A stretch of DNA of 64,000 bases from Fimbriimonadia bacterium (lineage in GTDB: Bacteria > Armatimonadota > Fimbriimonadia > Fimbriimonadales > JABRVX01): contig JBGPGO010000003.1 of NCBI GenBank assembly GCA_041483895.1, positions 202,792 through 266,791 on the forward strand, read 5' to 3'. This document shows, one piece after another, positions 18,698 through 25,918 of the stretch. The position numbers and the translations under genes are program-made. A model generated the notes under the pieces. That model saw nothing but the letters and a program-made list of their open reading frames with translations. It did no database searches and was not told where the DNA came from. Numbering within the stretch: position 1 is the first letter of the stretch; each line of letters begins with the position of its first letter.

Positions 18698-19456
18698 ATG
18701 CTTTTGTCCGGGAAGAAGGGCGTTGTTTTCGGCGTCGCCAACAAATACTCCATCGCCTGGGCGGTCTGCCAATCGGCGGTGGAAAACGGCGCGCAGGTGG
18801 CGATTGGATATCAGGACGAGCGCATGAACGATAGCGTGCTGAAGCTGATCGACGGAGACGAGCGCTTCATGGCCTATCAGTGCGATTTGAACAAAGAAGA
18901 TGACATCGTCGCGCTTTGTCGTGCTCTCCAATCCGATTACGGCACGATCGATTTTTTGGTCCATAGCGTGGCGTATGCGCAGCGCGACGATCTGGGGGGA
19001 CGGTTTGTCGATTGCTCGCGGGAGGGGTTCAAGATTGCGTTGGAGACCAGTTGCTACACGCTGGTGGCGGCCTGCCGGGCGCTGGAGCCGCTCATGAACG
19101 AGGGCGGGAGCATAGTGACGATGACCTACCTGGGCAGTGAGCGTGTGGTGCCGATCTATGGGATCATGGGGATCGCCAAAGCGGCGTTGGAAAGCGCGAC
19201 AAGGTATCTGGCGTATGATTTGGGACCGAAGAATATCCGGGTCAATGCCTTGTCGCCGGGGCCGATTGGGACTGTTGCGGCCCGCAGCATCCCCGGCTTT
19301 AGCAACATGGCTTCCGAAATGAAAGGCACACAGCCCCTGAAGCGCGAGGTGGCGCAAACCGAAGTGGGGGACGCGACGCTATTTCTTTTGAGCGAGCTGT
19401 CGCGCGGGATCACCGGCGAGGTGATCTTCGTGGACGGCGGATTCCATTTGCTATGA
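18698..19456 (+). CDS. fabI: Enoyl-ACP reductase
   Basis: GVANKYSIAW, LVHSVAYA, YGIMGIAKAALE, VNALSPGPI. Confidence 0.96.
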   Translation: MLLSGKKGVVFGVANKYSIAWAVCQSAVENGAQVAIGYQDERMNDSVLKLIDGDERFMAYQCDLNKEDDIVALCRALQSDYGTIDFLVHSVAYAQRDDLGGRFVDCSREGFKIALETSCYTLVAACRALEPLMNEGGSIVTMTYLGSERVVPIYGIMGIAKAALESATRYLAYDLGPKNIRVNALSPGPIGTVAARSIPGFSNMASEMKGTQPLKREVAQTEVGDATLFLLSELSRGITGEVIFVDGGFHLL

Positions 19457-20343
19457 CGCGGCCTCCTCTCCTCGCCGTGCCGAACTTTTCCGAGGGCCGC
19501 TGCTACCATTTCTATCGCACGATGAAGGCTCTGATCGCCCAACACAAGGTGTACTTGCACTCTATCGGCTGGGATGTGGATCACAACCGCACGGTCGTGG
19601 CGATTTCCGGTGACCCGGAGCCGCTTCAAAACTGCCTGCAGTCGCTAGCGGTGTTTGCCCTGCAATTGATTGACATGCGGCGGCACCGGGGCGTCCATCC
19701 CCGAATTGGGGCGATGGATGTCGTCCCCGTCATCCCGACCGAACCACAGCATGAAGAGATGGCTCAGGAGTTCGTGTTGACTTTGGCGGAGTTCATCGGT
19801 ATGTTGCCCATTCCGGTTTTCCTCTACGGCCGATCCGCTCGGCCCGGCCGGATTTCGGAGCTGCCGGCCTTGCGGAAAGGGCAGTTCGAGGGATGGGCGG
19901 ACAAGGAGCTGACCGGCGACCACGCGCCGGATTTTGGGATGCAGTTCTTGCATCCGTCGGCCGGCGCCTGCATCATCGGCGTGCGGGGCCCTCTCATTGC
20001 ATTTAATGTAAATTTGTGGGATCCCGATCCGGCGTTGGCCAAGGAGATAGCGGCGGCGATTCGGGCGGAGCGGACCAACAAGCCGAAGCTGCCCGGCGTG
20101 CAGTCGATGGGGGTTCCGCTGGAATCACGTGGGATGTCCCAGGTCTCGACGAATATCACCGAACCGGACCGCGTTGGTATTGCGGATGTTTTCGCGTTCG
20201 TTCGAGGCCATGCCCTGGAAAAGACCGCCTGGTCCGAGCTGATCGGCGTCATCCGCCGGTCCGACCTCGCTCGCGCGGAGGCTCTGCCTATCTTCGAGGG
20301 GATGGAACTTCGCTACTACGCGGAGCAGGTGCTGGATTATTAA
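19453..20343 (+). CDS. ftcD: Glutamate formimidoyltransferase
   Basis: VPNFSEGR, DHNRTV, HRGVHPRIGAMDVVP, LIAFNVNL. Confidence 0.9.
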   Translation: MTRPPLLAVPNFSEGRCYHFYRTMKALIAQHKVYLHSIGWDVDHNRTVVAISGDPEPLQNCLQSLAVFALQLIDMRRHRGVHPRIGAMDVVPVIPTEPQHEEMAQEFVLTLAEFIGMLPIPVFLYGRSARPGRISELPALRKGQFEGWADKELTGDHAPDFGMQFLHPSAGACIIGVRGPLIAFNVNLWDPDPALAKEIAAAIRAERTNKPKLPGVQSMGVPLESRGMSQVSTNITEPDRVGIADVFAFVRGHALEKTAWSELIGVIRRSDLARAEALPIFEGMELRYYAEQVLDY

Positions 20344-20364
20344 GACACAAATAGCGAAATCCAA

Positions 20365-20530
20365 GTAGCCGCAGTTCCTCGCGCCGATGTCCATTGGAAT
20401 TTCCACCCCCAAGAACTGCGAAATCCCGTTGGAGTTGACACGTCGTATCGGTATTGGCAATTCCGCATGCGTTGCGCGGTTCTTGTGGTCGTCGATTCCC
20501 GCCGTTGTCGGCACGCGGAACCGCGGCTAC
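20365..20530. repeat. GTAG-type REP inverted pair (REPIN-like)
   Basis: GTAGCCGCAGTTCCTCGCGCCGA (20365-20387) and inverted TCGGCACGCGGAACCGCGGCTAC (20508-20530). Confidence 0.8.
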
Positions 20531-21675
20531 GCACAGAGCGCGACGATCTTTTGTGCCGCCTCTTGCATAGTGGCTGCTCCGGTGATTTTGGAGCCTTCCA
20601 GCAATGCCAGTCCTTCCGCCGCGCGGGTGCCTTCCAGTCGCAGGACGACGGGAACGCGGATGGAGAGGGAAGACATCGCCTCCAAAATCCCTTTCGCCAC
20701 TTCGTCGCAGCGGGTGATGCCGCCGAAAATATTAATAAGGAGCCCCCGCACGTTCTCGTCCATCAGCACCAGCTCCACCGATTTGCGAACCTGGTCGGCC
20801 TGCGCGCCGCCGCCGATGTCCAGGAAGTTGGACGCCTTGCCACCCGCCCGCGCCACCTCGTCCAGCGTGCACATCACCAGCCCCGCGCCGTTGCCGATCA
20901 CCCCCACATGCCCGCCGAGCCGCACGTAGGCGATGCCGCGCCGGTGCGCCTCCGCCTCGATCGGGTCGTCCGCCGACTCGTCTTGTAGCGCGGCGAACTC
21001 CTTCTGCCGGTACAGCGCGTTGTCGTCAATCAGCACCTTCGCGTCCGCCGCCAGCACCTTGCCCTCTGGCGTCACCGCGCACGGATTGACCTCCACCATC
21101 GAAGCATCCACGCCGTAGTAGACCTTGACCAGCCCCTTGATCAGCGCGCCCAACTGCCTATGGTCCACTTCGTCGATCCCAGCCTCTCGCAGCAGATTGC
21201 GGACCTGAAAGTCGTCCAATCCCCAGGCCGGATCGATGTGGAGCCGGATGATGGCGGCCGGGTCGGAATGCGCGACCTCCTCGATGTCCACCCCGCCCTT
21301 GCGCGACAGGATCACCACGTCCTTCTGCGCCGCCCGGTCCAGCGTGACGGCTACGTAATATTCCTTCGCGATGTCTATCAATTCTGTGACAAGGACCTTC
21401 TCGACCACCATGCCCGCCGGGTTTTGGATGGAGACCAGGCGTTTGCCCAGCATCTCGCGGGTCTCCTTTTCGGCGTCCTCGGCGGTCTGGACCAGCTTCA
21501 CGCCGCCGGCCTTGCCGCGCCCGCCCATGTGCACCTGGGCCTTGACCACTGCCTTGCCGCCGAACTCCTCCGCGATGCGCCGCGCCTCCGCCGGGTCGCT
21601 GGTCACGCGCCCGCGCTGGGTCGGGACGGCGTATCGGTCGAGGATTTCCTTGGCCTGGTATTCGTGAAGTTTCAA
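20527..21675 (-). CDS. sucC: Succinyl-CoA synthetase beta subunit
   Basis: MKLHEYQAK, VKAQVHMGGRGKAGGV, GNGAGL, NFLDIGGG, NIFGGITRCD. Confidence 0.97.
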   Translation of the reverse strand: MKLHEYQAKEILDRYAVPTQRGRVTSDPAEARRIAEEFGGKAVVKAQVHMGGRGKAGGVKLVQTAEDAEKETREMLGKRLVSIQNPAGMVVEKVLVTELIDIAKEYYVAVTLDRAAQKDVVILSRKGGVDIEEVAHSDPAAIIRLHIDPAWGLDDFQVRNLLREAGIDEVDHRQLGALIKGLVKVYYGVDASMVEVNPCAVTPEGKVLAADAKVLIDDNALYRQKEFAALQDESADDPIEAEAHRRGIAYVRLGGHVGVIGNGAGLVMCTLDEVARAGGKASNFLDIGGGAQADQVRKSVELVLMDENVRGLLINIFGGITRCDEVAKGILEAMSSLSIRVPVVLRLEGTRAAEGLALLEGSKITGAATMQEAAQKIVALCA

Positions 21676-21696
21676 AATGGGCTCCTTGGTCGCACG

Positions 21697-21733
21697 TATA
21701 GGTCATATAGGTCGTATAAGTCCTATAGGTCCG
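21697..21733. repeat. Four degenerate 9-bp tandem repeats
   Basis: ATAGGTCAT ATAGGTCGT ATAAGTCCT ATAGGTCCG between the divergent sucC and nth genes. Confidence 0.8.
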
Positions 21734-21783
21734 AGAGATTCTACCCAAGCAGGTTCGGAGGGCAAAGCGGCGAAAGGGAGCGC

Positions 21784-22446
21784 ATGGCCCGGCCCGCAGA
21801 CATCCCCACCATCCTCAAACGCCTCGAGAAGCAGTATGGCAAGATCGTCCGGCGCCCGCGTTTCGATGCGGTAGACGAGCTAATCTGCTGCATCCTCAGC
21901 CAGCACAGTTCCGATGTTGCCTCCTTTCCCGCCTTCACCAAGTTGAAATCGACCTTCCCGACATGGCAACAGGTGGTGGATGCGCCGAGTGGCAAGGTGG
22001 CGGACGCGATCCGCAGAGCGGGGATGTACAACCAGAAATCCACGCGCATCCAGAATGCTCTGCGCGAGATCAAGGAGCGGGTCGGGGAATATTCGCTGGA
22101 CCATCTGTATGGAATGCCGTGGCCGGAGGCGCGAGCGTGGCTCATGTCGCTGCCGGGCGTCGGACCCAAGACCGCGGCGATCGTCTTGTCCATGAACATG
22201 GGAATGCCCGTCATCCCCGTGGATACCCACGTCTTCCGGGTCGGCTGGCGGCTCGGGTTCTATGACAAAAAAATTGGGGAGGCCAAGGCGCACGAAGTGG
22301 TGCAGGAAATAGTGCCGCCGAAGTTGGCGTTTTCCTACCATGCGCTCCTTATCCAGCATGGCCGCAATCTGTGCGACGCGCGGAAACCGCGGTGCGTCGC
22401 CTGTCCCGTATTGGAGTTTTGCGATTACGGGAAGACGCAAGCGTAG
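21784..22446 (+). CDS. nth: Endonuclease III-family HhH-GPD DNA glycosylase
   Basis: ILSQH, LPGVGPKTA, PVDTHVFR, CxxxxxxCxxCxxxxxC Fe-S motif; GGGAG SD. Confidence 0.88.
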   Translation: MARPADIPTILKRLEKQYGKIVRRPRFDAVDELICCILSQHSSDVASFPAFTKLKSTFPTWQQVVDAPSGKVADAIRRAGMYNQKSTRIQNALREIKERVGEYSLDHLYGMPWPEARAWLMSLPGVGPKTAAIVLSMNMGMPVIPVDTHVFRVGWRLGFYDKKIGEAKAHEVVQEIVPPKLAFSYHALLIQHGRNLCDARKPRCVACPVLEFCDYGKTQA

Positions 22447-22465
22447 CCGCGGATCCTCATGCTGA
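22443..22465 (+). repeat. Single degenerate GTAG REP copy
   Basis: GTAGCCGCGGATCCTCATGCTGA resembles the arms at 20365 and 20508. Confidence 0.55.
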
Positions 22466-22562
22466 CTCGTGATCGAATTGCCACCGCCAAGACCCGCGCG
22501 ACAATGGCAAGAGCTGGAGTTTAATGATTACGGAAACACAAAGAATCGGTAGAATAGGATCC

Positions 22563-22967
22563 ATGAAGGTAATCGCGCTTCATAAGGTGCCATTCGATCC
22601 GCAGAAATTTGAGCAGGATCTCCTCGTTGTTGCCGGCGCACCGGAATACGTCAAAGAATTTCGGCCTCAGGTCTTGGAGAATTGGAATAACTCATGGTAC
22701 ATCGTCGTTGAGTGGCCGGGCGGCGAGGGTGATGTGGATTGGAACGCCTTCGAGCATCAGCATAAAGATCCGCGGTATTGCAGCCAGGCTGCTTGGGAGG
22801 AGCTGTTTCTCGGCACGGAAAGTGGTGTGAGCCGGGGGATGTTCTTCATGCACTACGTCGATACCAGTCAGCCGCTCATGTATGGGGCGGAAGCGCTCTC
22901 TTGGCCGGAAACGACGCCCGCTCCTCCAGAACTTGTCAAACTGCGACCCTACTGCGCCCCAGACTAA
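22563..22967 (+). CDS. Hypothetical protein
   Basis: Protein-like ORF filling the gap; TAGAAT 7 nt before ATG 22563. Confidence 0.6.
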   Translation: MKVIALHKVPFDPQKFEQDLLVVAGAPEYVKEFRPQVLENWNNSWYIVVEWPGGEGDVDWNAFEHQHKDPRYCSQAAWEELFLGTESGVSRGMFFMHYVDTSQPLMYGAEALSWPETTPAPPELVKLRPYCAPD

Positions 22968-22978
22968 TTGCGAAAGAA

Positions 22979-23028
22979 ACCCCCACCCTAACCCTCCCCG
23001 TTACTCGTACCTCGCAAGGGGGAGGGGA
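22979..23028. repeat. CCCCACCCTAACCCTCCCC...GGGGAGGGG palindromic repeat
   Basis: Reverse complement of the copies at 57624-57662 and 57763-57800. Confidence 0.75.
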
Positions 23029-23081
23029 CTTAGAGGGACCGCCAGGCAAAATTGCGCGTCACAATAGGGTAGGAGGCAAGA

Positions 23082-24491
23082 ATGATTTTTCTATTTGCGC
23101 TCGCAGCCCTGGCCCAGGGCGTTTCCAAAGACATCGACCGTGTCGAGATCACGGTCTACAACCAGAATTTTGGGGTGGTGAAGGAGACCCGGACGGTGGA
23201 TATCAAGCCGGGAATCAGCACCCTGGCCATCGAAAACGTCGCGTCATCCATCGACGCCACCACCGTGCATTTCAAATCTCTCGACGACCCCACAGGTGTT
23301 CGCATCCTCGAGCAAAACTACCAGTTCGATCTCCTCAGCCCGACCGCAATCTTGGAAAAGTCGGTAGGGAAGAAGGTCCGTTGGCATCGCACCCTGCCGG
23401 ACGGCAAAAAGGAAACGGTCGAGGGCACCTTGCTCACACCGCCATCCCAGGGCATCGTGGTCCGCGCCAATGACGGCCGCTTGCTTCTCACCCCCAGCGG
23501 CGAGGTGGAAGTGCTCGAGCTGCCAGAGGGACTGATCCCGCGCCCGACCCTCGTCTGGCAATTGGATGCGGACAAAGGCGGACGCCAGAAGACCGAGGTC
23601 AGCTACATGACCGACAACATCAACTGGCAGGCCGATTACGTGGTGACGGTCAACAAGGACGACACGATGCTGGACCTGGACGGCTGGGTGACGCTGAGCA
23701 ACACGTCCGGCGCAAGCTACAAGGACGCGAAACTGAAGTTGGTTGCCGGGGATGTGCGTCGGACACCGCGATACAATGTCGGTATTGGGGGTGCGCCGGC
23801 CGGTGGCGGACGAATGGGAGCCAAGTCCGCGCCACAGTTCGAAGAGAGCTCTCTGTTCGAGTACCACCTTTACACGCTGCAACGACCGACCACTATCAAG
23901 AACAAAGAGATCAAGCAGGTCTCACTTCTCACGGCCAGTGGCGCGACGGCGCACAAGCTGCTCATCTACGAAGGCCAGCGATTCTATTACATGAACTACG
24001 GTCCGGAGGCAAGGCCGGGACAGGGCGAGGATACGGACCAAAACTCCAAGGTCGCGGTGTACATCGAGGTCAAGAACAGCGAAGCCAATCACTTGGGAAT
24101 GCCACTTCCGAAGGGTACCGTCCGGGTCTACAAGCAGGACAACGAGGGGCAGCTACAGTTCGTGGGCGAAGACACGATCGACCATACTCCCAAGGACGAA
24201 ACGGTCCGGCTGTGGCTGGGGAACGCATTTGACGTGGTGGCAACTCGAAAGCGGACGGATTTCAAGACCATCAGCCCTTTGATTTGGGAAGAGACGATTG
24301 AGATCAACGCCCGCAATCACAAGGACTCCCCGCAGGACCTCACGATTGTGGAGCATCCCTGGGGCGACTGGGAAATGCTGTCTAAGTCCCAAGAGTACGC
24401 CAAGCGCGACGCCCACACCATCGACTTCCCGGTCACCATCCCGGCGAATGGCGAGGTGACGGTCACGTACCGCGTCCGAATGAAATGGTAA
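23082..24491 (+). CDS. DUF4139-domain secreted protein
   Basis: ITVYNQNFGVVKE, ILEQNYQFDL, WQADY, LFEYHLY, GMPLPKGTVRVY, IDHTPKDE; AGGAGG SD. Confidence 0.88.
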   Translation: MIFLFALAALAQGVSKDIDRVEITVYNQNFGVVKETRTVDIKPGISTLAIENVASSIDATTVHFKSLDDPTGVRILEQNYQFDLLSPTAILEKSVGKKVRWHRTLPDGKKETVEGTLLTPPSQGIVVRANDGRLLLTPSGEVEVLELPEGLIPRPTLVWQLDADKGGRQKTEVSYMTDNINWQADYVVTVNKDDTMLDLDGWVTLSNTSGASYKDAKLKLVAGDVRRTPRYNVGIGGAPAGGGRMGAKSAPQFEESSLFEYHLYTLQRPTTIKNKEIKQVSLLTASGATAHKLLIYEGQRFYYMNYGPEARPGQGEDTDQNSKVAVYIEVKNSEANHLGMPLPKGTVRVYKQDNEGQLQFVGEDTIDHTPKDETVRLWLGNAFDVVATRKRTDFKTISPLIWEETIEINARNHKDSPQDLTIVEHPWGDWEMLSKSQEYAKRDAHTIDFPVTIPANGEVTVTYRVRMKW

Positions 24492-24501
24492 GAGACTTCC
24501 G

Positions 24502-24570
24502 GTAGCCGCACGCTTCAGCTTGCGTTCAATCAAGGTCGATTATATTGCGCAAGCTAAAGCGTGCGGCTAC
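24502..24570. repeat. GTAG-type REP inverted pair (second family)
   Basis: GTAGCCGCACGCTTCAGCTTGCG ... CGCAAGCTAAAGCGTGCGGCTAC. Confidence 0.85.
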
Positions 24571-24585
24571 CATGGGAGTTCGAGG

Positions 24586-24608
24586 CCCCGTAAAAAAGCG
24601 GGGTTTTT
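24586..24608 (+). terminator. Possible intrinsic terminator after the DUF4139 gene
   Basis: CCCCG-loop-CGGGG followed by TTTTT. Confidence 0.5.
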
Positions 24609-24628
24609 GTTAGGAACGTCTAAAGGAA

Positions 24629-24724
24629 ATGCCCGCCTGCGCCGAAACTGAAACTGGATCGAGTTCACCTTCCTTCCTTGGGGGTGGTAGGCTTTGCTCT
24701 CCTTTCACTGCCGCCCCCTTTTTT
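24629..24724 (+). ncRNA. Candidate small RNA with C/U-rich anti-SD segments
   Basis: 11-bp stem GGGGGTGGTAG/CTGCCGCCCCC (G-U pairs work on the + strand) plus T6; loop contains CTCTCCTTTC; CCTTCCTTCC upstream. Confidence 0.45.
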
Positions 24725-24769
24725 AATTCTTGGTTCATGGATGCTGAACAACCCTTTGGCTCCGCGCTC

Positions 24770-25099
24770 GATGTGTCGGGGTCCTCGCCTGCCGATATTT
24801 GTGGTTCGCCTGCATCCCCAGACCCCGACACGGACGAAGAGGCCTGCGCCTGAAAAAAGGGCAGGGCTTTCCAAAATTGCCTGGATGTGTCGGGGTCCTC
24901 GCCTGCCGATAACTGTGGTTCGCCTGCATCCCCAGACCCCGACACGGACGAAGAGGCTGACGCCTGAAAAAAGGGCAGGGCTTTCCAAAATTGCCTGGAT
25001 GCGTCGGGGTCCTCGCCTGCGGATATCTGTGGTTCGCCTGCATCCCCAGACCCCGACACGGACGAAGAGGCCGGCGCCTGAAAAAAGGGGAGGGCTTTC
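24770..25099. repeat. Tandem array of ~2.9 x 114-bp palindrome-containing units
   Basis: Units start at 24770, 24884 and 24998; each holds a GTCGGGGTC...GACCCCGAC hairpin. Confidence 0.95.
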
Positions 25100-25104
25100 A
25101 ATCG

Positions 25105-25740
25105 TTACCCCTGTTCCTCAGCCGGCCTCCTTCGGCGACGCAAATGGCTGTACACGAACCAGACAATCCCGACCAGAATCAGCACAATGATGAGAGTTTC
25201 GAACCGGTTCATATACCGTTGGACGGTCTCCCACTGTTCGCTCGCCCGGTATCCCACGTAGGCAAGGCCGTAGCACCAGGGCAGGGAACCGACAAGTGAA
25301 AGCGCCAGAAACGGCCAAAAGCTGACTCCGTGGATTCCGGCGGGCAAGGAGATGAACGTGCGGATGACCGGCACCATGCGCCCCAGGAACACCGCCCCCT
25401 GCCCATATTTGTGGAACCAGCGATCGGCGACTTCGAAGTCGTGTGCCCGGAACAGCACGTATTTCCCGTACTTTTCAAGGAAGGGCCGCCCCCCCTTTCG
25501 CCCCGCCCAATAGGACAGCGCGGAACCGATCATACAGCCGAACGCGCCCAAAATCGCAGCCGCATGAAAACATATGCCGCCCTTCTGCGCGACGATTCCG
25601 GCGGCCACCATCACCACTTCGCTGGGGATTGGGATACAGGCGCAGCCGATCGCCATGAGGGCGATGATGCCGGGGTAGCCGGTGGTCGCAACCACCTGTT
25701 CGCACCAGTCCTTCAAGGTTGTGAGCAGCGATTCGACCAA
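25105..25740 (-). CDS. DedA-family membrane protein
   Basis: PIPSEVV, YWAGRKGGRP, WFHKYG, GRMVPVIRTFISLPAG. Confidence 0.93.
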   Translation of the reverse strand: MVESLLTTLKDWCEQVVATTGYPGIIALMAIGCACIPIPSEVVMVAAGIVAQKGGICFHAAAILGAFGCMIGSALSYWAGRKGGRPFLEKYGKYVLFRAHDFEVADRWFHKYGQGAVFLGRMVPVIRTFISLPAGIHGVSFWPFLALSLVGSLPWCYGLAYVGYRASEQWETVQRYMNRFETLIIVLILVGIVWFVYSHLRRRRRPAEEQG

Positions 25741-25796
25741 AGGAGACCCCTTTGCTGATTATTGCCGGACGGTCAAGGATACCTAGGCGCCATCCG

Positions 25797-25895
25797 GAAG
25801 CCCTCCCCTTTTTTCAGGCGGCAGCCTCTTCATCCGTGTCGGGGTCTAGGGATGCAGGCAAACCACAGATATCGGCAGGCGAGGACCCCGACACA
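25797..25895. repeat. Inverted copy of the 114-bp unit
   Basis: Reverse complement matches the 24770-25099 unit (CCCTTTTTTCAGGCG...CGAGGACCCCGACAC). Confidence 0.92.
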
Positions 25896-25918
25896 ACGGG
25901 TTGGGTGGGGGTCTTTCG

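Noticed and set aside
20125..20534. Small minus-strand ORFs after sucC as sucD remnants
   Set aside because: No SucD motifs; the region is occupied by the REP pair and overlaps ftcD.
21160..21783. Long N-terminal extension of Nth (428-aa ORF)
   Set aside because: It is antisense to sucC; the SD and homology support ATG 21784.
24770..25099. 114-bp array as a CRISPR array
   Set aside because: Whole units are near-identical with no unique spacers, and no cas genes are in the window.
24610..25101. 163-aa repetitive ORF (and overlapping ORFs) across the tandem array
   Set aside because: Several frames stay open simply because the unit is 114 bp (a multiple of 3). The same DNA occurs intergenically elsewhere, and there is no SD or protein-like signal.
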